From Lama guanicoe (taxonomy: Eukaryota), in assembly GCA_013239625.1 (NCBI GenBank), contig MU054220.1, positions 4,527,374 to 4,591,373 on the forward strand: DNA of 64,000 nt, written 5' to 3'. Shown here piece by piece: positions 12,533-25,550 of the stretch. The translations under genes and the position numbers were made by a program. Position 1 is the first letter of the stretch; the number at the start of each line of letters is the position of its first letter. The notes under the pieces were generated by a model. That model saw only the letters and a list, made by a program, of their open reading frames with translations, searched no databases and was not told the DNA's origin.

Positions 12533-15332
12533 GTGAGTGAGACTGCTAAGCACGAGGAACTGGCACGGGCAATCAATCACCCTCTACCAGGCACGCCCAG
12601 TGATCTTAACAGTGCAATAAGGCAGGGCCTCAGGATGCCTCACTCACTCACAGAGGCAGGTTTGGGAGGTCTGCGCTGTTGTTCACTGCAGCAGAGGCTC
12701 TCTCTGCACGCATCTAAAACAGCCCTGCAGACCAGACTAGCATGGAGACTCCTGCCTTTCCTTCTGGACTGGACATGGTGAAAGGCAAATGCAGCTTACA
12801 GTGAACCACCTGCTGATGGTATTTACTGTTCATATTTGTTGTTGATATGGTACTGGGGGTGGGACCAGGGTTTTTCTTAAATAAGCTTAACTTTACATTT
12901 ACTTCTGTAGTTATTCTAAATACACTGAATGTGCATTTGAAACCAGAAGACTTAATGTAATGAAGATTCCACTTTCGGTACTATAATATTCCCAAGAAAT
13001 GCAACTTAAAGGAACTGCTATCTTGAAAGAGCTTCTACTCAAGATTGTAGCACCAGAAATGAAAGCTCTTCTTCCTTGAAAATCATATGAGAACAAACTC
13101 CACGAAGCCTGACCCCAGTAACCAGTATAAGTTCTCCAGTCAACCATTAAATCGGAAACCAACTGGGACATAACCTGATCAGACATAACCCCCCAACCCC
13201 TACCCCTGACCCTTCCACTGCGTCTGCTGGAATTCCTACTCAGCGATGAGCAGAGACCTCTAGATCCACAACTTCACGTGCTCTGAAGGTTCCCTTTATT
13301 TCCTTGTCTTAATCAAAACCTAGCTACTTCCAGAAGATTCCAAATTGTTTGAAACCCCTTCCTATGGAAGGTGATCAATCTCACATATCCAGAGAACCAG
13401 GCAATACTCATTAACACTATCAGGCCATTATTCCAATGCCTGTCTTAAAAATGCTTGCTCCTTTGAGCTCATGTCATTGAATCTGTCTACCTCTCTTGTC
13501 TGCCTTGGTCCCAGGTACATACAAGGTATAACAACCTCCTAATTGGTCTCCTGGCTTCCACTCTTGTTCCTGTCTAGTACAAGCTCCACACAGTAGCAGC
13601 TGACCTTGTAAAATTTCAATCATCATGTCACTCTTCTGCTTAACACGTTTCAATAGCTTCTTAACGTTCTTAAAATAAAATCCACTCCTTTCTGAGGCTC
13701 CTGGTTCTCGGCATGATCTGGCCGCTGCCCACTCCTACCCTCTCATCCCCTCTCCTGGCTTGCTTACTCTTCTCCATGAGGGACCTCCTCCTTCCTCAAA
13801 CTCACTAAGCTCTTTTCCGCCTCAGCTACACAGCATGAAAATGTGATTTGCGGAAGATGAGAAAATTACCAGAAGGCTTAGGAATAGATTTTTAGAGTAT
13901 AGTAAAGTGGAGGAAAAAACTCTACTATTGAGACAAGGTTTAAAAAAGGTCCAGCTTGCAAGCAGACCCCATACCTAACCAGGGCACAAACAAACTTGAC
14001 CGATCACTTTGGAAAACGTTGTTCTCCCAAGACTAAAAGTACTATCAGCAATACAAAACTGAGAGGCTCTGTGCAAAAATTAATTATTCCCAGCGGCAGT
14101 CAGGGCATGGACTCTAGCCAGAGACAAGGTCCCAAGGAAGCAAATGATGATTCCAACTCTCAAAGGATCTCGTGTCTGCAGATAATTCAGGCCCTACCAG
14201 GACTACTTATCTTTGTCCGCTTAAACATGTACAGATTCATTTACTCACTCACTCTCTCCAAACCATTACATGACCATGACCCTAGAAACAGGAGTTCAAA
14301 TGCTCACTCCACAGGCCACTACCCTCCCCGAGTCTCCCTTGTGTTCCCTCAATGAATGTCATTTCACAGGACAAGGAAACCTTGGAGGTTAGCTTCCTTG
14401 CTGTTTATTTCCTTTTTCGATTTCCACATCTGAAAAGTCACCATAGCACCCACCACTTATAACAGCTTAAAAATTCACTGATTACTGCAACAACTTTCAT
14501 AGTACCTTTCATGGGAAAACTTTTCTATTACTCCCATAAAGTAGCTACCAAGTAACAACCCCATTTACAATAAAGGAGTAAGTATAAATGAGGTGGATAA
14601 GGTCTTTTTACAAACACTAGTGACAGAAACAGGAAACAAAACCTGATTTTCTAAATTTCATCAGAGTACATATTAAAGAGATGAGTTTATCAACAATTTC
14701 TTCGAACTAGTTCTTATAATTTTTTAGAACAGCTGCTGTGATCTGAAGATGGACTATTAAGAAGCATGAGTGGCTGGAGAGCGGCAGTGGGGGTGCTGGC
14801 TGAGGTGGTGGTTTGGCCACTGCTCTGTGAAATGCTACAGTCTAGTTTATCCAGTTCTCAAATCTAAGCTAGTTGGTTTATATTATTTTGGATTCCAATA
14901 TCCTCCTTTCTTCTAAAGTCCTGGAAAAATACTGGTATTTACGATCAAACTGACCTTTTCATATTCCACTCTTCCCAGCAGTGTGTGAAAAACCAATTAG
15001 CTAGGGAGGCACTAGGAACCCTGATTCACTGGCAACTCTCAGAGCCTCTACCATTTCAAGCAGTTTTAAAACCATCTCTTCTGGTGATATGAATGGGGTT
15101 TACAGCCTTCAGAAGGTGCTAGGGAGAGGAATGGTTAGAGAAATAGCCGGCTTGCCTCAATTCAATCACCTTGAGGTGATGGAAGCCCCTCACATTTTCA
15201 GGATTCAGATGATGAAGGATAGAACTTATCCATGGGTAATTTTCTAGAAGAACAAGGCTTTTGGCATCTAAACCTCCGCATCACAAACTTCCTGCTATTA
15301 TCTAATACCCACCCCCCAACTCAGCCATCACT

Positions 15333-15346
15333 GTTTCCATGGCAAC
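15333..15346. promoter_or_regulatory. RFX X-box motif GTTTCCATGGCAAC
   Basis: Matches the palindromic consensus GTTNCCATGGNAAC; no repeat recognised around it. Confidence 0.6.
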
Positions 15347-18300
15347 CGACAGAGAAATAGCAGCCTGCCAAATGGCTTTTGTAGTTCCTTCTCCAGCTTG
15401 TTTTTCAGTATAGAATTAAAGCAATACTGGGGAAAGAACCAGACTAATCTTTATAATGGGACACAATACAGTTTGAAAAGTACAACTGGGTTTGGGACAG
15501 GAGTGTAGAAAAGCTTTAATAAGCCCAGCTCGGTAGAATGAAAAAGGCCCTTGGTTTCTAAAAAATATCTACTGAGGTATATTTGGTGAGCTTTACTTCT
15601 GTCTTAAGACAGTATATCCTTAAGACAGAAGATAGGTATGGTGCCTTAAACTGAATTCACAGAAAGGTGGGATGAACGGAAGAGAAAGATTAGGCAAGTA
15701 TACTATGCACTCAAGTACCTTATTATCACCAAAGGAAATGGTAATTGACTCTAAAATCAAATGCAGGAGTTGATGCACTTGGACTAGAGGATGGTGAGAC
15801 AAGGACTGGCATCTTGGAGGAGTCGATGTTAATCCCAGGAACGATGGATGCATGAAGCTGACTGAGTCAACGGCATGAATCAGAGGGTCACTGGTGCTTA
15901 GGAAACAAAGATCTCCTTACCAGCTCTGCACAGCGAGAAATTGTTAGGAATGAAATGTGTGGAACTGGGGCAGCTTCCAGAAGATTGGCAGCTACAGAGA
16001 ACTGCTTCAGGTGCCAGATTGCAGAACAAACAGCTGCTGCAGGGGTAGAGGAGTTTGAATGTTTAAAAAAAAAAAAAAGGCTATTTCTCTTTGAAAGTGG
16101 CCCAAAACAGATGCTCTTCTGTCTCAAAACTGCATAGTTGAATGAAGTACAGGATATCTCATGATTCTTTTATGTCAGCTTTAGATAAGAAACTTTGACT
16201 CAAGTCAAACAGGTGTCACCTTCTCCTCTGATAGGTTAAAACTAACTAGATTTTGAAAGAGATCCCCACCCACAACCCGCAGCACACTCCAACTGTCTTG
16301 ACAGACGTCAAAATTACAATCTATAGTCATATAGCAAGATATGGTCCTAGGAGTTATGGGAAGTCAGACTCCTACAAATTCCACACAGAAGACCAACCTA
16401 ATTTATATTTCCTAATTTATGCTTTTACCTTGAGTTGTATGAATCATGAGTCATGTTCTCGGAGTTCTCACCATAGTTTAGAAAGAAAAGGAGACAGATT
16501 TGCAATAACCACTTCCTTTCAATCCTTCAGAAAAGGGATCATTATCTTAAGATAAAGATGATGTACTCTCAGACACATTTCCAAGGCTGTCAACTCAAAG
16601 AAAGGCTTGTGCACTTCTAGGTCAGCTAGATTTGTGAAGCCCTAGATTTTAAAAATCTGTTAAAGAAACTTGAAGAAATCTTCCTGAAAGTTTAAACCTG
16701 GGTCTTGTTTATCCAAGAATGGAATTTATAGGTTCTGGGGAAAATTTTAAACTGTATTCACTAATGCATGATTATAATTTCAAATATATTAACCTTCAAC
16801 TTCCCCATCTTAAACAAAAGCCAGAATTGAAGGGATATAAAGTTGCACCAAATCCAATCATAGTTAAACTATTCAGGAAGCCAAAAATTAGTACCTGAGG
16901 TACTGACACATTTATAGTTCTTCCCAAATGTGTTTCCTTAGCCAACTTTGTTTCAAGATCTCAGACAGACTTCTTACTCGTCAGATCTGTATTTTCATCA
17001 AATCAGCTACCGTAGTCATAGTATAGATTCCCCTGCTACTGGCAGACAATTAAAGGGACGTAACCACATTTTTAGTGTTTCATGGCCTGTGCTTTCACTC
17101 ATGTTCACCAAAATAGACTCTAAAAAGCCTTGAGAAGACAAATCTTCAGTAAGTATATCAATCTCCCTCTTACACAGAGATTTTGTTCCAAATAGTTACC
17201 CTCAGAAATAATGCTATGTGGTAGTTACATTCTCCATCCACAAATTAATCTATAACATAACTGAATTGTATTACCAAGGAAAAGCTCTTGATCACCATAA
17301 ATAATGTTTTAATATGAGAAAATGAAGACCTTCAGCTACCTCGAGGGGAAAAGGAATGGGGGCATTCTGGGCACCAGAACATTGTTAATGCTTAATAGTT
17401 GGAAACTGCTTGTACAGTAAAACTAATTATCCAGAAAGCATGTGTTGGGAATTCTTAAGCTTCCAATCTATAAATAGGCCAAAAATGTTTTTAAAAAGGG
17501 ATGGTGGTAATGGTGGTGAATATGTGTGTGTAAAGAAGCAGTAACCAAACATTCAAATACTTGGCAACAAAGAAGATAACTGCAAAGAACGAGAGACTAG
17601 GATTATACCCAAGATTATACTGGATATACTAGTTTACCTGCCAATCAAAAAGACAGCAGGATAACTCCAGAAGGAAGGCCAAGTACTAGCATGTGCTAGA
17701 TCCCGAGCTCCAGAGAGAAAGCTGACTTCCTCTTACTTACTCATTGCTATAGCCCCAGCTCCCAGGATCATGCCTGGCAAAAAGTTGGTGTTTGTATGTC
17801 TGGCTTGAGAAGAGGGTCTAAACTTTAAAATGAGACACGTGGTGTTTCTCTGCTACTCATGTAACGGGGGACTTATGAAGGGTGGGAGGAATTCTTCACA
17901 TGTGTGAACCTGGGATTTAACTGAGTAGAAGCTTGCATATGAAAACATAACCATAACTAAAAAGAATATGACCAAAGCTGGGGAGCCTGCTTCTTAAGTG
18001 GTACTCTCTGGTACAGGAGAGGGCTGACTGCCAATGAAACTGTGAAGGCTACTCAAAGTGCTCATGGAGCAAGTTCACTCAGAAAGTCACGGGCAACTGA
18101 CAATCCCCCACTAACATAGACCAAATTTCTGGGTAAACAAAAGCAAAGAAAACTCAGTCAATGGAAAATACACCAGCAAAAGGTGCTTAATGGTATAAAT
18201 GCAAAACAACACAATATGCTTCAAAATACCATGCTTGGAAACCCAAACAGATGTCAGGAAAACAGCCCAAGTCAGAATATCTGATGAAGAACAGACATGA

Positions 18301-19191
18301 GCACTGACTGCCTGATAATTACATGGTCTGGATTAGGTCATACTCAAAACACAGCCTTGCAGACCTTCCACAATGACTGTGTTTTGTTTAATGTTGTAAG
18401 CTGAATGATTAGGAATCCTGGTTAGAAAAAGACACAAACCCTGGAAATAGACAATTTGGTAGAGGTTTGCTCTTTTCTTAACGTTCCTACTATCTTTCTA
18501 TATATCTTAGTCTTAAAGTTCTACACTTGTTGATTCAAAAGAACTAACAGCCCTTGTAACCCTCAAATGTAATACAGACTAAGAGCTAAGATAAATATAG
18601 TTTAGTCACCACTTTTCTGATAATCTGGTTTGAATTTCTTCTCTCTGAAAGAATCAGGGATTCATCTGGATTTCAGGAGCAGGCTAAGAAGGCAGGGAGG
18701 ATGTATGCGATGCTCCCTCACAGAAAAGAGGCAACCCTGCCATGAAGAACACAAAATAAAGGCTTCTTCAGGGGCACCTTCCTTCAGTCTCCTTCCTTTC
18801 CCTTCTTGGCTCCTCTAGCTTGAACCTTCCCTTTGTAAGTCCTCCTTCCTAGCATTCACCATAATTCCAATTAACTTGAACACTTAGTAATATCTCTCTC
18901 TCCCGCCATCTCCAGGAGGACAAGGACTGTGTCTGTCCTTTCCACCAATGGAAATGAACCCCCAGCACCTGGCACAAGGCAGGCAACTTCCGTTGCATCA
19001 CTAAATGAATAAATGGCCTCTTTGGAAGTCAAAGTCAACCACGGGGTAAGCAATCAGTTGAAAACGTTTCATCAACAAAACATGTACTCCTGTCCCCTAA
19101 ATCTGAAAACAGAAGATTTTCAGCAGCTTAATTTTTTTCACAGAATATCAGGAGGCAGGAAGAACATAAAATAAATAAAGAGGATACTCAC

Positions 19192-19401
19192 TGGTGGAGG
19201 CTTCTTCCTCATCTCAAAGATGCGTGTGGCACCAAAACTGAGTGAAGCGATGATGGGGCACCTTCCCAGCGAGGGCTCGTCATCGCTATGCCAGTCCACG
19301 CTGTCCTTCTCATTCCGGTATAGATTGCAAAGCAGGGAGTTGAAGGTGTGGCCCGTGTTCGCTTCAATTTGGTTCTTTAGTGTGAGCAGCACCGGATGCC
19401 A
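19192..19401 (-). CDS. ALKBH3: ALKBH3 exon 8: WHPVLLTLKNQIEANTGHTFNSLLCNLYRNEKDSVDWHSDDEPSLGRCPIIASLSFGATRIFEMRKKPPP
   Basis: 210 nt; HxD iron-binding motif (WHSDDE); ttgcag|TGG ... CCA|gtgagt. Confidence 0.98.
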
Positions 19402-20240
19402 CTGCAATCAACAGGCCAAGAAAAGGGGCAGAGATGGTTCACGTAAGACACAAGGTGGCAACCACGTGGGAAAACAAAAAGCGCAAAATCAGTCACGTTA
19501 TAAACTGGGGCACTGAATAGGCAAACCACTTGAAATGCATAAACAAAAGGCTAGAAGAGTAGCTTAATTCCCTTCCATGACTTCTATTTTGAAGCAAGTT
19601 GACCTCTGCAATTTTATTAAGGTATTAAATTTGGTATAGTAATGCCACGATAACCAGGCCTATTCATCCATCTCATCCTCGCCATGTTAAAAGCATGACC
19701 CTCACAAAGAAGCAACTGTCAACATATCCAGGGAAGGCCCTCAGGGCAAATCACTGAGGTGGCAAGTGGAGTAGGAAGTCTGGTTTGCCACCACAGCTGA
19801 CAGGCCACCAAGAGTTAGCAGATACAGACTGAAGTCTGCAGAATGAAACCACTCTCCTGCTGGGTGGCCCTCTGTTCCATCCCTATTTTACCATGAATGG
19901 CAGAACTGCCTTTTAAAAAAGATATTTAATATTAATTTCCACATTGGTTAACTTCCTAAAAACAGAACTTGAAGAGGAAAAACCCTCTACAGGATGGAAT
20001 CATAACACGGCTGTGAACTACAGAAGATTTACGCAGAGTCCACAGCCCTGCCTCCTGAGCACTGAGTTCACTCACGTGGTTTATATTTGGAACTCACTGT
20101 CTTGCCACCTATGCTTTAGGAAGCTATGACCTTAGGTTGTACTTGGGAGCTATAAGCAGAATAGCTCATATTGGTTCTTGTTAGAGTTCTCTGTCTTGCC
20201 TCCAAGAAATCTCAAGCACTTTACAGAGTTTCCTGTAGAA

Positions 20241-21652
20241 CAGTGGTTCTCACACCACTATCAAAAAATCTTTGAAGACTCCAAAGAATTTCTATTCATA
20301 TGGGTTACAGCTGTGATATTTACCATATTAAAAATTAAAACTGAGAAAAATTAAAATTATTGGTTAATTCATTTTAAAAATAACCATCTCATTATATGTC
20401 AAAAAATATTATTTAATGAAAATTAACTAACTTCCAAAACAAAAAATTGGTGAGAAGAGTGGTGCTATTTTGCAAATCTCCTTAATGTCTGGCTTAACAG
20501 AAGAGACTTGATTCTAATATCTGCTTCTGCATTCAATCTGTTACAATATGTTGTTTTTATTGAAGTATAAGAAGAAAATTGGCTTTATACAGATACGTAG
20601 TTAGAAAAGTGAGGCGTCTTTCATAGCCCTTTCGAATAACTGTAGATATTCTTTAATATTATACCAAAACTCAACAAGTACTGATTTCTTAAAGGTTAAA
20701 TGCAATGTGGAATCTGAAATCCTATCAACAAACTTTTCCTATTTGTACATTTAAATCCACAGATCCAGCTTGCACTTTGAATGGATCTTCCAATCTTGCA
20801 TGACTTGTGACATTCAGCATTGGTCATTTGGAAAACACTGGTTCATTGAGTTATACAGATCTTCTTAACTGTTGACACATTTCATTATACAACACCAGAA
20901 AATCATCTCCATTAATGTGACCACCGATCTCTTCAGAAAAAGCTAAGTAAAGGGAAGTGGTCAGGCTCAAGATGGTGGATGTGACTTTTTCCAAAATTCA
21001 TTTACTGGAAAATTTATTTTTCCAAAATTCATATTTCCTAGAAACCTCAACTTTTATCACTAGTAACAAACACTGTCCATTGTTTTCCTAGAAGTGATAC
21101 TTCATTCACTTATGAGAAAATGTCTGCTGAATACTCAAGTTTGAATAACTAGTTTGTCTTGTCAGTTGTTCTTCCAAGTAAAATGGTCCATGATGAAAGC
21201 AGCTAGTTCAGCTTACAGCTTAAACAATCATACAAAGTTTTTTCTCAACAACCATCAAACTCGGTTTGCAGCAGGAGTGCTTTATGCATACTTTCCATTT
21301 CATCGAACTATTTAAAAAGATCAAGATTTTATAAAACTAATAATGTTTATTGGTTCATCAAGGGACATTCTCAAATGAAACTAGCATTTTTTTTTTTAAA
21401 AACTGGAAGTACATGGAGTAAAGAAAATAATGATTACTAGTACAGTTTGGTGACAACGCCTTGACTCATGCTAAGGTGCCAGCAGTTTTAGCCACCATTA
21501 CTTTTGTTCACCAGTGCAAATTCAACACAATGAAAATGTCACCCAGTCTTAGTATTATCATAAAAATAACTTTGACCTTGTGGATTCCCAAAAAGCATTT
21601 CATGGATCTCCTCCAGGGATCCAGATTCTACTTTAAGAACTACTAATTTAGA
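20241..21652. mobile_element. hAT-Charlie DNA transposon fossil (Charlie1a-like, ~1.4 kb)
   Basis: cagtggttctca... and ...tttaagaactact termini; internal sequence recalled as Charlie1. Confidence 0.7.
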
Positions 21653-21873
21653 GAACCCCTTAAAAGTCCATGTTCTATGTATGGTAGTGAAGGAATGGAT
21701 GTTCAGCAAAGGAAAGCATAGTATTATCAGGTATATCCCATGATTACTGTCACGTAGAACTTTCAGGGAGCACATGCGGGAATCACTCAACTTTGCTCTG
21801 ATATGGAAATCATGGTAAAAGCTGGCATTCCTTGTTATGAATAGTAGCATTACATTCTAAGTAGAGGATTTTT

Positions 21874-22745
21874 TAAAATGTATTTATTTATTTATTTATT
21901 TATTTATTTGAAGTAATACTGGTTTATATCACTATATAAATTTCATGTGTACAGCATTATATTTCTACCTCTAAATACCCTGCAGTGTGCTCACCACCAA
22001 AAATTCAGTTTCCATCCATCTCCATATAGTTGATCCCCTTTATCCATTTTGCCTTCCACCCTGCCCCTTCCCCTCTGTAACCACTACTCTGCTCTCTGTA
22101 TCGATGTGCTTGTTTCTGTTTGGTTTGTTCATTTATTTTGTTCATTAGTTTTTTATATTCTACATAGAAATGAAATTATATAGTATTTGTCTTTCTCCAA
22201 CTGACTTATTTCACTTAGCCTAATAGTCTATCCATGTTCTCACAAATGGTAAAATTTCATTTTATAAGTCTGAGTACTATTCCATTTATATATATATACC
22301 ACATCTTCTTTATTCATCCATTGATGGGCACTTAGGTTGTTTCCATATCTTGGCTATTTTAAATAATGCTGTGATGAACACAGGGGTGCACATATCTTTT
22401 CAAATTAGTGTTTTCTTATTCTTTGGATAAATAACTAGAAGTGAGATAGCTGGATCATATGGTAGCTCTATTCTTAATTTTTTTGAGCAATCTCCATACT
22501 GTTTTCCACAGTGGTTGCACCAATTTAAATTCTCACCAACAATGTATGAGGGCTCCCTTTTCTCCATATCCTCACCAGCATTTGTTATCCCTTGCCTTTT
22601 TGATAACAGCCATACTAGTGGATGTGAGGTGATGTCTCACTGAGGTTTTGATTTGCATTTCCCTGATAATTAGTGATGCTGAGCATCTCTCTTCATGTGC
22701 CTGTTGTCCATCTGTATGTCTTTGGGAAAATGTCTATTCAGCTCC
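21874..22745 (-). mobile_element. 5'-truncated LINE-1 3' end with (TTTA)n tail
   Basis: Typical L1 3' sequence; degenerate TSD tctaagYagaRgattttt at 21856-21873 and 22746-22763. Confidence 0.88.
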
Positions 22746-24164
22746 TCTAAGCAGAAGATTTTTAAAAATAAACAGCAATGACAACAAACAAAGCTGAGAT
22801 CAATAAAACAAATGTTATTAAACTAACCTATGTTCAGGAGAATAAATTTCAAAGTGAAATTCCACAATAATGTTAGCAAGCTGTATTTCCTATTTATTTC
22901 ATAGCTTTAAGCTTATCTTCATGGAGGTAAAGATCAGATGCTAGAATTATACAGTTAACAAGAAACACAAGAATGTAAAGAAGGATGATAGCTTTTCGGC
23001 AATGTGACGAGAAACTAATTAACACTCCCCTGACTTGCTTAGGGACTGAGCACTGTGATAATACCAAGTTTGCATTATATTTCTAAGTGGGTATATATTT
23101 TTTCTTGGTTATTTTTGGTGGTGAAGTAAGGAGAAAAGGAGAAAAAAGGGAATAATGAACTAGAGGATTAATTTAGACTCTCCAACCAATACTCTATATA
23201 CAGATCCCTCAGAACTGAACGTCTAAATTAAAATTCAGCGTCATCTCACTGTTCAGTGAAGACATTCTATCCTTAAAAGACATTTGAGGAAAAGAGTATG
23301 AGAAAATATGAATCACAAAAGTAAAGGGACCTATTCAGTGGATTTCAAACAGTGTTTTGTAGAGTCCTGGGTACCACAGGGAAGCCTCAGGAATCACAGC
23401 AGGAGAAAAGAGACCAAGCTGGTGGGACTGCCAGTTGGTCAAGAACTCATTTATTTTCATACTTTGGGTTCATATAAGATTCAATTTGAACAAAAACTAA
23501 AAAGTTTAATAACCTGTGATTGAAACTGCTCCTGTGCCATGGGATATGAAGCTTGAGGTAGTAACAATTTTAGAATTAATCTAGTACCACCAACACATAT
23601 ATACACACATTAGTGAATTCTCCCTTAAAAAAATCTGAGAAAGGGGCATCTCTTTTATTTCGTTCAAGATAGTATATAAACTAAGTCTATTAGCAATAAA
23701 TACAAAGTTATGAGCCAGTCAAATTCAAATTAAAGAACTCTAATTTGACAATCTTAATATCCAACCAAAGAGGCTTGAGTGAATAAATTAGGGACTACTA
23801 CGTATCTGTTAACTATAGTGTTGTAAGAGAATATTTAATGTTACTAAACTATGCTAATGATACAGTAAAATGAAACGTAGTATATACATAACTGATTTGA
23901 TTTTTAATAGAAAAACTCTACATGTATTTGCCTAAAATAAAAAAAGACTGGAACCAAAATGTCGGGTGGAAGGATTACTCAAAATTTTAATATTCTTCAT
24001 GCTTATCTGTAGTTTCTAAATTTTCAATAATAAACACATATCACTTACATTATAAGAAAAGGATTGTCATTTAAAATATTCTTTTGAAGAGTTGTCAAAA
24101 TGTCCCCGAGCATAAGTGGCCACTCTACTCGGCAGATCTTATGTGCCTTGTGTTTATGGTAAAG

Positions 24165-24380
24165 CAGTGGTTCTCAACCACGGGCAGTTTGGCCCCCCAG
24201 GAGATGTCTGGCAGTGTCAGGAGTCATTTTTGGTTGTCACAACTGGGTGAGGGGTGCTTCTGGCATCTGGTGGGCAGAAGTCATGGATATTGCTAAACAC
24301 CCTACAATGCACAGGACAACCCCAACAACAAAGAATTATCCAGCCCAAAATGTCAGTAACACCAAGGTTAAGAAATCCTG
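24165..24380. mobile_element. MER20-like hAT element
   Basis: cagtggttctcaac...ttggttgtcacaactggg...ggttaagaaatcctg. Confidence 0.8.
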
Positions 24381-25461
24381 TTTTAAAAGATTAACTAGAA
24401 TGAATAAGAAAGAACTTCTCCCCCACAGACTGTTTAATCCTTAACTTCTCTGCTAAGACTGTTGACAAGAAGATAAACTAATTCTGACAGAAACATGGCC
24501 AGCAGTCTCTGCTGGATTGGCCTAATTCATGTTTCTCTTCATGTGTCCAAATCAACCTCAAATATAAAGGGTCTCAGCATTTCCCTGGGTTACATTCTAA
24601 ACGCAGCCATATAGGGCCCAAAGCATACAGCTATCTCCTGGTGTGAAAAAGTCGTGTTCCCTCTGGTCAATATTTCATCCCCAAACATTTTAGTAAAATT
24701 GTGGTTTATGATTACAAATTACTAGAAGCTCTAAATGTGTCACATTTCTCTTTATTCCAATGCCATAAGCAGAACTCCATTTTCTTCAAAGTCTCTTTTA
24801 ATAAAGCATAATATTATTTGCCAAAAGCAAGATGCCAGGGACTAAACAGAGAGCTATTTCTTGGATCTTAATTCCATCATCTGGACAAGCTTAATTTATA
24901 TACGAGAATCTCTCTGTCTGTCATGGAAATTTTTAAAAACAAAAGAAGCAGTGAAAACAAGCCAAAGCATGATAAGTTAGAAGTCTGAGAACTGCAGCCA
25001 TAGAATGAATACAAAGTCAACAAGAAAAGCACCCAATTTTTTCACAAATGGCAAAAGAGCCTGAGAAATGAAAAGAAAACATTCTGACCTCACTGGCCAG
25101 TCGTAACGATTTGGCCCCACAGCAAATGTGTACCAGGATATACGCAGAAGGGCTGCAGCCAGAAAAGCTTGGGGAAGGGAGAGATTAGGAAAAGAAATGA
25201 TTCATTTTTCTGAAATCCTCGAGTCTGAGTCTAGTTTACTCCAGTTCCAGTTTTTTTTTTTTCCTCATCCTCTGAGTTCATCCATACATCAAAAGCACAT
25301 CAAGGGTGATAAGCACCAAGACTCAGTGTTTGAACCCAGAGGATTTTTTGAACTAGGAACCATCATGCAGCTTTGCAAGGTAACTTACTGTTATTTTACA
25401 GTACTCTACATTTACAGTACATAGTCTATAAAACCATACCAACAACAACATTCCAACATAC

Positions 25462-25550
25462 GTGAGGATTTGGTTCCATAGTGATTCTTGAATAAGTGTA
25501 AGGAAGTTCTCCATACCATGCTGTAAGTCTTGGTTGCTGGTAAGTTACAT
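25462..25550 (-). CDS. ALKBH3: ALKBH3 exon 7: (D)VTYQQPRLTAWYGELPYTYSRITMEPNPH
   Basis: 89 nt, tcttag|ATGTA ... CTCAC|gtatgt. Confidence 0.97.

Larger units (their letters stand above)
6706..12960 (+). pseudogene. Candidate decayed multi-exon protein-coding gene antisense within ALKBH3 intron 8 (core exons 6706-6983, 8205-8294, 8664-9057, 12022-12181, 12495-12532, 12692-12818, 12911-)
   Basis: ag/gt-bounded segments with matching phases join into 378 codons with 6 internal stops and no frameshift; protein family not recognised. Confidence 0.55.

Noticed and set aside
12911..13186. 91-aa minus-strand ORF MSDQVMSQLV...
   Set aside because: No recognisable motif or clear splice context; lies opposite the plus-strand candidate exon
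14996..15016. CTCF-like motif tagctagggaggcactag
   Set aside because: Only a partial match; cannot be supported without PWM scoring or ChIP data
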